A DNA stretch of 50,453 bases from Patescibacteria group bacterium (GCA_030916945.1 JAUPVS010000005.1:1-50453), one strand, 5' to 3'. Positions 8,728-18,887 are shown, counted from the first letter of the stretch. The notes: generated by a model from the letters alone, not told the origin. A program made the numbers and translations.

Positions 8728-11700
8728 TTACTGTAGCTTAACGTTTGACTTGCCCACCAAGGTTTCGAGTTGAGCTATTACTTGGCTGTCACGATCAACC
8801 TTAGCCGGTAACTTGACTATCTGTTTACTAGCGGCCGCCCCCAGTACCAAAACGACTTCGGTTTCGCCCTTAAAGCCATCAATTGCTTCTTTTAACGCTA
8901 GTAGTAGTTCTTGGTTACTGCTGTCTTCTAGCCTGATGTAAAGACGCTCTGGTATTTTTGTAGCCGTCGAGTCACCATCTTTGGCTGCACGTGGTTTTAT
9001 GGCTTTAGGACGCACCTTAGGCGCTTTCTTTTCGCGACCACTGGCCTGGTAGGCCTGGGCCTGCTCAATGGTAACCTCGCGGGCATCGTTGACCATGATC
9101 TTAATTTCGTCCGACAAGTTACCTTCGCGGTCCTTAGTGTTAATTTTGCCGTTTACCAGCACAACGTGATCGCGTTCCCAGATTCCAGTGGTTTGCTGGT
9201 AGGCATTGGGGAACAATAGTAGTTCAGTTTCGCCACCCATGTCGGCAATCTTTACAAAGGCCATCTTTTGGCCGTTCTTAGTAGTAATTTCTCGAATCTC
9301 ACTAATTGCGCCAGCCACCGTCACGGCCTTACCTTCATGTTCGGGCTTAAGCTCTTTTAACGGCACCGACTGTTCCTTGAGGAAGGCCTCGAAGGCTTCT
9401 AGCGGGTGTTGCGACAAATATAAGCCAAGTAGATCTCTTTCCCACTGCAGCTGCTCACGGCTGTTGTATTTGAGCACCGTGGTGTCTAGGGTAAGCTTGG
9501 GTGCCACCACCACGCCTTCGACCTCGCCAAACAAATCGGTCTGACCGCTATTGGCTTCTTTTTGCAAGCGGTTGGCGTAGGCCAGTAGTACTTCTAGATT
9601 GCCCAGAAGCACATTGCGGTCGACAAAGCAGTCAAAAGCGCCGGCCTTGGTTAGGCTTTCCAGTGCCTTGCGATTAACGATTCTTACACTCACCTTACTG
9701 GCAAAGTCTTCTAAACTAGCAAAGCTGCCGTCGATGGCCCGAGCCCGCAAGATTTCTTCAACCGCGCCAGCACCAACGTTTTTGATAGCGTTAAGACCAA
9801 AGCGAATCTGCTTCTTGCCCGGAACCACGGCAAATTCCATAAACGACTCATTAACATCCGGTGGCAAAACTTCTATGCCCATGTTTTTACATTCGGTGAT
9901 CTCGATGGCCAGGCGATCGGTGTCGTCAAAGTCACTGGTCATCAAAGCCGCCATAAAGGCATCGGGATAATGGGCTTTTAGATAGGCTGTCTGGTAGGCA
10001 ATTAGGCCATAGCAAGCCGAGTGTGATTTGTTAAAGCAATAGTCAGCAAAGCCCAGTAGTTGCTTCCAGAACTTTTGAATAAAGGCCTTGTCGACGCCGT
10101 TTTCGACGGCACCTTCGATAAAGCGTTTTTCCATTTTGGCCATCATATCGCGCTTCTTTTTACCAATCGCCTTACGCAAGGTGTCGGCCTCGCCACCGGT
10201 AAAGCCACAGACGTCGCGCGATATCTGCATAAACTGTTCCTGGTAAACCAGCACACCGTAGGTACTTTCGAGCGAGGCTTTCATTAAAGGATGCCCGTAA
10301 GAAGTTTTTTCCAAACCGTTTTTGCGCTTAATAAAGCTGTCGGTCAGGCCAGCGCTCAACGGACCAGGGCGATACAAGGCGCCCATGGCGATAACGTCGT
10401 CGAACTCGGTCGGTTTGAGCTCTTTCAGGTAACGCTTCATGCCAGCCGATTCAAACTGGAAAACACCGGTGGTGTCACCGCGCTGCAATAATTCAAAAGT
10501 TTTGGCGTCATCCAGCGGTAAGCTGTTGATGTCGATGTCTTTGTTGTGAACTTTTTTAATAATTCGCAATGCGTTTTTAATAATGGTCAGGTTAGATAGC
10601 CCCAAGAAGTCCATCTTTAGTAGACCGAGTTCTTCGATCGGGTTCATCGAATACTGGGTGGCCACCACGCCCTTCTGGGCCATTTCGAGCGGCGCGAACT
10701 TAACGATGTCGTCCGGAGCGATTACCACGCCGGCGGCATGAACACCGTGACTCCGAATGGTGCCTTCCAGCTGAACGGCCAAGTCAAAGACCCGCCGTGA
10801 TTGCTCGCTATTTTCGTACTCGGCTTTTAGATCCTGGTCATCCTTTAGGCTGGTGGCGAGCGGGATATGACGACCCTGTACTGGTGGCGGTATCATCTTG
10901 GCCAGACGGTCAGCATCAGCATAGGGCACCTGCAGAACCCGGGCGACATCGCGGACAGCGTTGCGCGCCGCCATCCGACCAAATGTCACGATGTTAGCCA
11001 CCCGTTCGGTGCCGTACTTCTCGACACAGTATTGAATTACCTCGTTACGCCTGGAGTCCTGAATATCAATATCGATATCAGGCATCGAGATGCGGTCGGG
11101 GTTCAAAAAACGCTCAAACAACAGGTCGTACTTGAGCGGGTCAAGTTCGGTAATTTTAAGGGCATAGGCAATAATCGAACCGGCGGCCGAGCCACGACCA
11201 GGACCAAACACGATTCCCTTGTCTTTGCTGGCGTTAATAAAGTCAGCAATAATCAAGAAGTAGCCGTTAAAGCCCATACTTTCGATCACACCCAATTCGT
11301 ACGAGGCACGTTCAGCTACATCTTTAGGCAGCTTTTTTATTGCCGCCGGCACGCTAAGTTTCTGAGCGGCTACTTCGCTTACGTCACCATAACGCCAAGC
11401 CAGGCCTTGGTAAACTAGGCTGTCCAGATATGACTTTTCGGTCTGGCCTTTAGGAACCGGAAACTTGGGAATCAGGATTTTACCCAGTTCAATACTAACG
11501 TCACAACGATCAGCAATCGCTCGGGTATTGGTGATAAAGTCTGGGTGTTCCTTCCCCCAACGGTCAATGACTTCTTTAGGGTCGGTGACATGTAGCTCAA
11601 ACTCTTTTAAGCTCATGCGATCGGTATCGCTCAAGTAAGAACCAGTCTGGACACACAGTAATATCTCGTGCGCCTCTTGGTCATCGTGGCGCAAATAGTG

Positions 11701-12360
11701 AGCGTCACAGGTCACCACACCTGGTATATCCAGTTCCTTGGCTAGTTTAAGCGTCTGCTTGGTAACGGCAACCTGTTCTTCCCATTTAGAAGGGTGGTCG
11801 GGATGGCCGTGATCCTGAAATTCCAAGTAGTAACGATCGCCAAACACCTGCTTATACCAAGCGGCGACTTCTTTGGCCTGATCGTACTGGTCTTGGCGCA
11901 GCAGGTCACCGACTTCACCACCGATACAACCACTCAAGACAATCAAGCCTTCGTTATACTTTTCGAGTAGTTCGTGGTCAACCCGTGGCTTATAGTAAAA
12001 GCCGGCCAAGTTGGCAATAGTACTGAGCTTCATCAAGTTCTGGTAGCCCGTATTATTCATGGCCAGCAAAATTAGGTGATTATAGACCTTGTCTTTGCCA
12101 GGATCTTTGTCGGTATGGCGCCGCGCTGCCACATAAGTTTCCATACCAATAATTGGCTTGATACCCTGGTCTTTGCCTTCTTTGTAAAATTCAATGGCGC
12201 CCGACAAAGTGCCATGGTCAGTAACGGCCACCGCCTCCATGCCAGTTTCCTTAACATAGTCAAATAGGGCTGGCACCTTGGTCAGTCCATCGAGCAAGCT
12301 ATATTGTGTGTGATTATGCAAATGAACATAATCACGTGGTGATAGAGTCTTCCCCGCCAT
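8728..12360 (-). CDS. dnaE: DNA polymerase III subunit alpha
   Basis: PHP domain HLHNHTQYSLLDG, GPGRGSAAGS, FERFLNPDRISMPDIDID, KMDFLGL, FNKSHS and a C-terminal OB fold. Confidence 0.98.
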   Translation of the reverse strand: MAGKTLSPRDYVHLHNHTQYSLLDGLTKVPALFDYVKETGMEAVAVTDHGTLSGAIEFYKEGKDQGIKPIIGMETYVAARRHTDKDPGKDKVYNHLILLAMNNTGYQNLMKLSTIANLAGFYYKPRVDHELLEKYNEGLIVLSGCIGGEVGDLLRQDQYDQAKEVAAWYKQVFGDRYYLEFQDHGHPDHPSKWEEQVAVTKQTLKLAKELDIPGVVTCDAHYLRHDDQEAHEILLCVQTGSYLSDTDRMSLKEFELHVTDPKEVIDRWGKEHPDFITNTRAIADRCDVSIELGKILIPKFPVPKGQTEKSYLDSLVYQGLAWRYGDVSEVAAQKLSVPAAIKKLPKDVAERASYELGVIESMGFNGYFLIIADFINASKDKGIVFGPGRGSAAGSIIAYALKITELDPLKYDLLFERFLNPDRISMPDIDIDIQDSRRNEVIQYCVEKYGTERVANIVTFGRMAARNAVRDVARVLQVPYADADRLAKMIPPPVQGRHIPLATSLKDDQDLKAEYENSEQSRRVFDLAVQLEGTIRSHGVHAAGVVIAPDDIVKFAPLEMAQKGVVATQYSMNPIEELGLLKMDFLGLSNLTIIKNALRIIKKVHNKDIDINSLPLDDAKTFELLQRGDTTGVFQFESAGMKRYLKELKPTEFDDVIAMGALYRPGPLSAGLTDSFIKRKNGLEKTSYGHPLMKASLESTYGVLVYQEQFMQISRDVCGFTGGEADTLRKAIGKKKRDMMAKMEKRFIEGAVENGVDKAFIQKFWKQLLGFADYCFNKSHSACYGLIAYQTAYLKAHYPDAFMAALMTSDFDDTDRLAIEITECKNMGIEVLPPDVNESFMEFAVVPGKKQIRFGLNAIKNVGAGAVEEILRARAIDGSFASLEDFASKVSVRIVNRKALESLTKAGAFDCFVDRNVLLGNLEVLLAYANRLQKEANSGQTDLFGEVEGVVVAPKLTLDTTVLKYNSREQLQWERDLLGLYLSQHPLEAFEAFLKEQSVPLKELKPEHEGKAVTVAGAISEIREITTKNGQKMAFVKIADMGGETELLLFPNAYQQTTGIWERDHVVLVNGKINTKDREGNLSDEIKIMVNDAREVTIEQAQAYQASGREKKAPKVRPKAIKPRAAKDGDSTATKIPERLYIRLEDSSNQELLLALKEAIDGFKGETEVVLVLGAAASKQIVKLPAKVDRDSQVIAQLETLVGKSNVKLQ

Positions 12361-12397
12361 GCCCCTCTTTACGCTTAAACAGTGGTTCTATTATAGC

Positions 12398-12658
12398 TTA
12401 TTTGGCTTGTTCGACGGTCTGAGTAACTTTTTCGGTAAAGTGGCCTATCAGGGGTACCTGGCTAAACAATGTCAAAATCCACAACAACAAAGCAACGACA
12501 ATAGTGGCTCCAATCACACCACCAAAGCCGGCTGCCATGCCTTTTAGGAAACTCATCTTGTACATGGTATTACGATCCATGTAGCCAGTTTCGTAGATAT
12601 TTACCAGCATGCGGCCCAGTTGGGCGTCGCGGTCTTTAGCTTTTGGCGGCTTTGACAT
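12398..12658 (-). CDS. Small membrane protein (DUF5665-like)
   Basis: SFLKGMAAGFGGVIGATIV...VPLIG pattern. Probable start ATG 12658. Confidence 0.7.
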   Translation of the reverse strand: MSKPPKAKDRDAQLGRMLVNIYETGYMDRNTMYKMSFLKGMAAGFGGVIGATIVVALLLWILTLFSQVPLIGHFTEKVTQTVEQAK

Positions 12659-13055
12659 TCTTGGCAAGATACTTTTTGAGGTTATCAACGGCCTTGCTGG
12701 CGTCTTTCATGGCGTTCTGGAGGTCTTTGTCGTCGGTGCCACCTTCGTGAATAGAACTTAGAACAGCGCGGACTTTGTCGCGGCTGGCCACGGCAGCGTC
12801 GGCCAGAGCATTCCATTCTTTCTTAGCTGTATCGGACAGCTTGCTGGAGGCTTCTTTACCCTGTTTCAACAGATCTTCGATTTGGCTGTGCAACTCCTTA
12901 AGGCGTTTTTCGGCTTCGCGCTTAGTTTCGACGGCTTTGTCTTTAATATCTTTACGGGTTTCTTTACCGCTTTTAGGAGCGGTTAAAATACCAGCGACAT
13001 ATCCAACTGCGCCAGCGATGGCGGCACCAATTGCAAAATTTTTACCTTTAACCAT
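12636..13055 (-). CDS. YtxH-domain (general stress) protein
   Basis: GAAIAGAVGYVAGILTAPKSGKETR motif followed by a helical coiled region; SD AAGGAG. Confidence 0.85.
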   Translation of the reverse strand: MVKGKNFAIGAAIAGAVGYVAGILTAPKSGKETRKDIKDKAVETKREAEKRLKELHSQIEDLLKQGKEASSKLSDTAKKEWNALADAAVASRDKVRAVLSSIHEGGTDDKDLQNAMKDASKAVDNLKKYLAKNVKAAKS

Positions 13056-13066
13056 AGTATTACTCC

Positions 13067-13324
13067 TTATTTATGCTTACGACTCACCATATCGGTGATA
13101 TTGGCGATAAGACGGGTTAAGCTTAATGTGCTGGCGCCTTTTTCGAAGAATTCGGCGGCGGCTTCGGCTTTATCAGCGATGTCTTCGGCTTTAAGAGTAA
13201 TTCGCTTTAGAATTTTGGCGATCTGCACCAACTTAACTAATAAGACTATCGCCAAAATGAGGGCGACAGCTAATGTTACCGAAAGAATGATTACTAAAAT
13301 TGTTAGGCTGGTTTCTGTTGTCAT
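13067..13324 (-). CDS. Small membrane protein, DUF948/YtxG-like
   Basis: N-terminal TM then an amphipathic helix, directly upstream of the YtxH gene. Probable start ATG 13324. Confidence 0.6.
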   Translation of the reverse strand: MTTETSLTILVIILSVTLAVALILAIVLLVKLVQIAKILKRITLKAEDIADKAEAAAEFFEKGASTLSLTRLIANITDMVSRKHK

Positions 13325-13331
13325 AGTTCTA

Positions 13332-14234
13332 TTATACTCCATCACCGTTTACTTTATTGTGAAGAAACTCGCTAAACTGCTCTTTGACTTCGGGATGCTG
13401 TAAGGCAAAATCGACGACGGTTTTTAAGTATTCCAACTTGTTGCCAGTATCGTAATAGCGAGCGTTTCTGATCTCGCAGGCCAGTAGCTGATGGCCGTCT
13501 TTAATCATCATCTGCATGGCGGCCTGAATATTAAATTCGGCATCGTCAGCCAAGTCGGCTTGCGACCGGTCTATGTAACCCAGTATTTCTGGCGTTAATA
13601 GGTAGCCACTGACGCTGGCTAGGTCGCTCGGCGCCTGGTCTTTGCCGGGTTTTTCGATAATGGTCGACATTTCTAATAAACCAGGTTGAAGTTCCGTGCC
13701 GGCAACGATGCCATAGCGTTTGTAATCCTCGTCTTTTTGAACCCTGGTGCATGACAAAACACTGCTGCCATATTGTTCATAGACGGCAATCATCTGTTTA
13801 AAGCGAACGGGGCTGGCCACGATAAAGTCATCGGCAAAAGTATATATAAACGGCTCGTCACCAATTATATGGGCGGCGTTGGCCACTGGCGTGGCATTGC
13901 CGTACGGGCCTTTTTGGCGAATGTACACGAAGTTAGCCAGGTCAGATATACCCTTAGTTTGATCCAGCAACTCAGTCTTATTGCCTTGCTTAAGATTAGA
14001 GCGCAGATCGGCACTCATGTAGTCAAAGTGGTCTTCGATAGCCCGTTTGTGGTAACCAGTCACGATCACGATGTCTTCGATGCCAGCTTCGACCAGCTCT
14101 TCGACAATGTACTGAATAATCGGCTTATCGACCAGTGGCAACATCTCTTTAGGCATGGCCTTGGTTTGCGGCAAGAAACGCGTGCCAAAACCGGCGGCGG
14201 CGATGACGGCTTTTCTAACAGGCTTGGTAGTCAT
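13332..14234 (-). CDS. galU: UTP--glucose-1-phosphate uridylyltransferase
   Basis: KAVIAAAGFGTRFLPQTKAMPKEMLPLVDKP, IEKP and YDTG motifs. Confidence 0.92.
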   Translation of the reverse strand: MTTKPVRKAVIAAAGFGTRFLPQTKAMPKEMLPLVDKPIIQYIVEELVEAGIEDIVIVTGYHKRAIEDHFDYMSADLRSNLKQGNKTELLDQTKGISDLANFVYIRQKGPYGNATPVANAAHIIGDEPFIYTFADDFIVASPVRFKQMIAVYEQYGSSVLSCTRVQKDEDYKRYGIVAGTELQPGLLEMSTIIEKPGKDQAPSDLASVSGYLLTPEILGYIDRSQADLADDAEFNIQAAMQMMIKDGHQLLACEIRNARYYDTGNKLEYLKTVVDFALQHPEVKEQFSEFLHNKVNGDGV

Positions 14235-14269
14235 TAGCACTATTGTAACAGGCTGGTATACTGATTCAA

Positions 14270-14866
14270 GTGAAGTATGTACACTCAGAGTTTGTAAGGC
14301 GACCCAAAAAAAGATCGGTGTGGAGCGTTATGGTACTCGCCGTGTCATGTCTGACGTTTATTGGCGGCGCCTATCTGCTATTATTAACCCAATCAAGCAC
14401 CTTACCGGCTTTGCCGGTACCGGGCTTTAGACAGCCTGTCATAAGCATCCCAGACGACACCAACCACGTTGAGATTGCCAAGATTGGCGTTAATACAGCT
14501 ATTGTAACTGGTAATGCCGGAGCACTAGAAAAAGGCGCTTGGCATCGTTTTCCAGAACGTGGCGATCCAGAAAAGGGAGGCAATTTTATACTGAGCGCTC
14601 ATCGTTTTCAGCTTGGCCTAACACCAGAAGGCACCCGCTCGCGCTCACCTTTCTATAAACTCGATAAACTTGTAGTTGGTGATGAGATTGTGGTTGTCTA
14701 CAACAAAAATCGTTATACCTACCAAGTTACCAAAACTTATGACGTTCCGCGTACGGCTGTAGAAATTGAAGCACCAAGCGAAACCGCCAAGTTGACACTA
14801 TATAGCTGTAATATAAGAGGCGAAGCAGCTGGCCGCATTGTTGTCGAAGCCGAACTAAAACAGTAG
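14270..14866 (+). CDS. Sortase (class D/E-like)
   Basis: N-terminal TM anchor; GNFILSAHR (His), LTLYSC (Cys) and GRIVV (Arg) triad intact; GTG start. Confidence 0.9.
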   Translation: MKYVHSEFVRRPKKRSVWSVMVLAVSCLTFIGGAYLLLLTQSSTLPALPVPGFRQPVISIPDDTNHVEIAKIGVNTAIVTGNAGALEKGAWHRFPERGDPEKGGNFILSAHRFQLGLTPEGTRSRSPFYKLDKLVVGDEIVVVYNKNRYTYQVTKTYDVPRTAVEIEAPSETAKLTLYSCNIRGEAAGRIVVEAELKQ

Positions 14867-14867
14867 C

Positions 14868-17354
14868 TTATGCACGTTTGCGGTGGCTTATAAGTAAATT
14901 GCCGGTAGCAAATAAAAGTGTAGCGCTAATTATTACAATCATTCCGTTACTACCAGTATCGGCAAGAATACTATTAGAATTGTTAGTAATTGTCACATAT
15001 GATGAAAACTCAGACGTCGAACCATATACATACGATCCATTGGCAGGCGATATTTCGGCCGCCAAGGCAGTTGGCATAAAGAAGCTCTTGATGCGAGCTA
15101 GTATATTTTGCGGCTCTGCTTTGGCCGTCACTGAAGCTCCCCTAGCTGTATTATTATCAAAACTAGGTTCCACGAGTAGGGTCGCCGTCGCCGTGATATT
15201 AAGCTGCTGATTTAGGCTGGCGACAGGAGTAAATGTGTGGCTAGCGCCTTTTTCACTACCATCGACCACAAAACTACCCAAATGAGTTTTACCTTGCCCG
15301 TATCCGGATGCGTCAACCGTATCATTGGTGTAGAAATCTAACCTATAACCGACTATTGACAGTGTCTCATCAGCAGGTTTGGCATCAAAGTCGTAGGTAA
15401 CGGTAAGCTTGTTTGAACTAGCCACGGCATTAGTTATTTTTGGATAGGCCACATAATGGTTAGCCTGTTCTGCCGGATACGCCGCTGGCTTGATAAGATC
15501 TTTAGTGGCTGGTCCGGTATCTTGGTCGGCGATGCCATCATTATCGCTGTCGGTTGCCAAGTTAATACCAATACCATTATTACCAAAAATACTGTTGGGC
15601 ATAATGGCAATATTAAAGACGTCAGTGCCGCCGCAACGATAAACACCGTCACCATCATCACAGTCTTGCCACGGCACACTGTAAACCTGAATGCCGTCGC
15701 CTTGATTACCGGCAATTACATTCTGCTCACCATTAGCATCACCACCTATCTGGTGATTATAGACAGATTCACCGCCACAACCATCAACATCTTTTGTTTC
15801 ATAAACTTGGATTCCCGACCCGGCATTTCCGTAATTCTGCGCAACCTCGCCGTTTTGTTTTGTACCTATATAATTACCGATAATTTTTGATCCGACTGTC
15901 TTGGAGCAACTATCGTTGTATATAACAACACCACTTTTGCCGTTGGCCGATATTACATTGCGTTCGGCCGAATTAGTTCCACCAATAATAACGTCGGCAT
16001 CACCGTCAGCTTGTTCGTTCCTGATGATTCTTATTCCGTCGCCAACATTACCAGCCGGCTCACCATTAGCCGTAAGGCCGATAGTACTGCCAAAGACCGT
16101 TGTACCAATACCATCATCAATAATTACCCCAGAACCGGTATTATTACTGATATTATTGTCGTGAAAACGAATATACCTTGCCAGACGGGCACCGCTGTTG
16201 GCGTTATTGTGTAGACTATTATTATAAATCTCTAATTGATTCGCTGAATAAGTATTTGCGTATAGTCCGTCACCCTGGTTCTGATAGACATCATTACCAG
16301 TAATACTACCGGCCGTGTCATTTACACTAATTCCGGTAGCCTCACTGCCTATTACGATATTATCATTAACCTGGACATTGCTCGAAGCTTCGATAGTCAT
16401 GCCATATGTATTGGTTACCGCTGACCCATTAAGTCCAAGCCCAATCTGATTATTACTTACGCCATAGCCTGCCCCATCCTGCACTACTAGGGCATAGAGC
16501 GCACCTGCCATCAGGTTGCCGGAAATTGAAACATTGTCTGAGTTATTAAAGCTTGCTGCCACTGAGTTGGCGGCATCAATATTTGCTTGGCCAGCTTCAT
16601 CAGTACCAATTAAGTTAGATGTTAACGAGAACGACCCAGTAATATTGTTTAGATAAATACCTCTTGCAATCAGGTTATTGCTGACTACTGTATCTGTTCC
16701 AGCTCCATTGTTGTAACAGATGTCACCGCCGAAATTACTCTGACTGGTTGTGCCATCGGCGCCAGAACCAAAATAGTTACAAGTTACGGATACGTCTGAA
16801 TTACTGCCTGCAATATATAAACCGATAACATTATCATCAGCCGTTGCTCCAGCATTATTAATGACAAGGCCATTTAAACTCGATCCCGATGCGCCAACCC
16901 CAAAGTTAATAACCGACGATTCTGGGCTACTATAGGTTAGGGCGCTACCGTTGATTTCTATCAATAAATTGTGCGGGGTATTGGAAGTCGCTGGTATGGC
17001 ATCGGGCATTAGATCGCCACAACTTACACCTGGCTGACTAGCTCCATCAATGTGAACTTCTTCGGTTAGCGGCGGTAGTTCAGATAACAACTCGATCGTG
17101 TGCACGCCAGCACCAGGGATAGTAAAGTCTATATCATCAGCACCGGCATTACTATTAGCCTCCTGAATGGCGGCACGAAGCGTACAATTGCCGTCTCCAT
17201 CATCACAAATGCCATCACCAATGTTATTATCGGCGGCATCGATGACGGAATCGACCGTCCAGCTTAAGGCTGAGGCCTTTTGGGCATGAAGAAATACAGG
17301 TGCTAACACCCCAACCAACAATAATGACACAACTAGGTATCTCTTTGTTTTCAT
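14868..17354 (-). CDS. CSLREA-type, right-handed beta-helix surface protein with LADTG sorting signal
   Basis: Signal peptide; D..D...GDG.C......CTLRAAIQEAN; many Asn/Gly parallel beta-helix repeats; C-terminal LADTG + hydrophobic helix + HRKRA. More AT-rich than the flanking genes. Confidence 0.85.
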   Translation of the reverse strand: MKTKRYLVVSLLLVGVLAPVFLHAQKASALSWTVDSVIDAADNNIGDGICDDGDGNCTLRAAIQEANSNAGADDIDFTIPGAGVHTIELLSELPPLTEEVHIDGASQPGVSCGDLMPDAIPATSNTPHNLLIEINGSALTYSSPESSVINFGVGASGSSLNGLVINNAGATADDNVIGLYIAGSNSDVSVTCNYFGSGADGTTSQSNFGGDICYNNGAGTDTVVSNNLIARGIYLNNITGSFSLTSNLIGTDEAGQANIDAANSVAASFNNSDNVSISGNLMAGALYALVVQDGAGYGVSNNQIGLGLNGSAVTNTYGMTIEASSNVQVNDNIVIGSEATGISVNDTAGSITGNDVYQNQGDGLYANTYSANQLEIYNNSLHNNANSGARLARYIRFHDNNISNNTGSGVIIDDGIGTTVFGSTIGLTANGEPAGNVGDGIRIIRNEQADGDADVIIGGTNSAERNVISANGKSGVVIYNDSCSKTVGSKIIGNYIGTKQNGEVAQNYGNAGSGIQVYETKDVDGCGGESVYNHQIGGDANGEQNVIAGNQGDGIQVYSVPWQDCDDGDGVYRCGGTDVFNIAIMPNSIFGNNGIGINLATDSDNDGIADQDTGPATKDLIKPAAYPAEQANHYVAYPKITNAVASSNKLTVTYDFDAKPADETLSIVGYRLDFYTNDTVDASGYGQGKTHLGSFVVDGSEKGASHTFTPVASLNQQLNITATATLLVEPSFDNNTARGASVTAKAEPQNILARIKSFFMPTALAAEISPANGSYVYGSTSEFSSYVTITNNSNSILADTGSNGMIVIISATLLFATGNLLISHRKRA

Positions 17355-17378
17355 GGACTCCTTAATGTGCTCTATAAA

Positions 17379-17407
17379 ATTATAGCAATAAGGTAGTGCT
17401 TAGTCCA
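17379..17407 (-). promoter_or_regulatory. Promoter of the surface protein gene
   Basis: TGGACT-17-TATAAT with extended TG; SD AAGGAG before ATG 17354. Confidence 0.5.
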
Positions 17408-17408
17408 A

Positions 17409-18887
17409 CTACAGCCCAAGCTGTTTCTTAATAAGTTGCTGGGCTAACTGCGGGTTAGCCTGGCCCTTCGATTCTTTCATTACTTGACCGACCAAAAAGC
17501 CAATAGCCTTCATCTCGCCATTCTTAACATCGGCGGCGGCAGCGGGGTTGGAGGCTAACACAGCGGCCACGATTTTTTCGATGGCACCTTCGTCGGAGAC
17601 CTGCAGATAGCCACCGTCCTGAGCATAAGCTTCAAGATCAGCCGGTAGCTTATTTTTAGACAGTAACTCAGTAAGAAGTGATTTTGCTTTGGTTGAGCTC
17701 AATTTATCACTACTAACCAGTTTATAAATTTCTTCATAGAGTTTGGCGCGCATGGCATTATCGGCCGGTAAGCCACCAGATGTTTCTAACTCACGCCGCA
17801 GTGGGATCTCGATATTAACCAGCCAGTTAGCAATCGCCTTGGCTTTTTCGGGTTCCGACAAACTAGCTTCGATTATCGCCAAGTAATTGGCTTCACTCTC
17901 CACCTCGGCCTCCAGCAGCGTATCAGTTTGGCTGACGTCTAAGCCCAGGCCAACTAGGCGGGTGCGCCATTCACCAGGCATTGGCGGCATACTATCGCGG
18001 ACTGGCTTGATCATGTCCTCGGTCAGCTCAATCGGTGGGATGTCGGGTTCTGGCATGTAGCGATAGTCGTGAGCTTCTTCTTTAGAACGCATCGCCACGG
18101 TTTTTTGCTTGGCTTCGTCCCAGCCGCGGGTTTCCTGCACAATTGGCTGACCCTTCTCTAGCAATTCAATCTGACGTTCGGTTTCGTATTCAATTGCCTT
18201 TTCGACCGAACGGAAGCTGTTTAAGTTTTTGGTTTCGGTGCGAGTGCCCAGCTCGTCGGTTTTGCTAACCGACACGTTAACGTCAAAGCGCATGTTGCCG
18301 TAGTACAGGCTAGCGTCAGACACATCGGCGTAGCGCATTAGCAGCCACAGCTCCTTAGCGTACTGCTTGGCCTCGAGGGCACTATGCATGTCAGGCTCAG
18401 ACACGATCTCTAGTAATGGGGTGCCGGCGCGGTTGAGGTCGACAAGGCTGTAATCTTTGCCGGCTGGGTGGGTGCTTTTACCAGCATCGGCCTCTAAGTG
18501 GGCTTCGTGAATGCGAACTGTTTTAGTTTGTTGGCCAACCGCAAAAGTTACCGAACCGCTGCGAATGATCGGGTTGTAGAACTGAGTAATTTGGTAGCCC
18601 ATTGGTAGGTCGGGGTAAAAATAGTGTTTGCGATCGAACTGACTAAAGCGCTCTGGTTCGGTGCTCAAGGCAAAGGCGGCGCGGGTGGCTAGTTCCAGGG
18701 CTTTTTCGTTAAGAACCGGTAGGGCGCCAGGCATACCCAGGTCGATGTGACTGATTAGGGTATTGGGTGGCGCTTCGCGGGCATCGTTACCAACTGCCGA
18801 AAACAGCTTAGTTTTGGTTTTAAGCTGAACATGACATTCGATGCCAATTGTCACCGTATACTGGTCACGTACTTCCTGGCTGATCAT
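17409..18887 (-). CDS. gatB: Asp/Glu-tRNA amidotransferase subunit B
   Basis: IGIECHVQL, FDRKHYFYPDLP.GYQITQ, DLNRAGTPLLEIVSEPD, KNLNSF, KEEAHDYRY.PEPD and a YqeY-like tail. Confidence 0.97.
   Translation of the reverse strand: MISQEVRDQYTVTIGIECHVQLKTKTKLFSAVGNDAREAPPNTLISHIDLGMPGALPVLNEKALELATRAAFALSTEPERFSQFDRKHYFYPDLPMGYQITQFYNPIIRSGSVTFAVGQQTKTVRIHEAHLEADAGKSTHPAGKDYSLVDLNRAGTPLLEIVSEPDMHSALEAKQYAKELWLLMRYADVSDASLYYGNMRFDVNVSVSKTDELGTRTETKNLNSFRSVEKAIEYETERQIELLEKGQPIVQETRGWDEAKQKTVAMRSKEEAHDYRYMPEPDIPPIELTEDMIKPVRDSMPPMPGEWRTRLVGLGLDVSQTDTLLEAEVESEANYLAIIEASLSEPEKAKAIANWLVNIEIPLRRELETSGGLPADNAMRAKLYEEIYKLVSSDKLSSTKAKSLLTELLSKNKLPADLEAYAQDGGYLQVSDEGAIEKIVAAVLASNPAAAADVKNGEMKAIGFLVGQVMKESKGQANPQLAQQLIKKQLGL

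Noticed and set aside
8728-12360. Intein or intron in dnaE
   Set aside because: Length and motif order are normal, with no splice-junction or homing endonuclease motifs.
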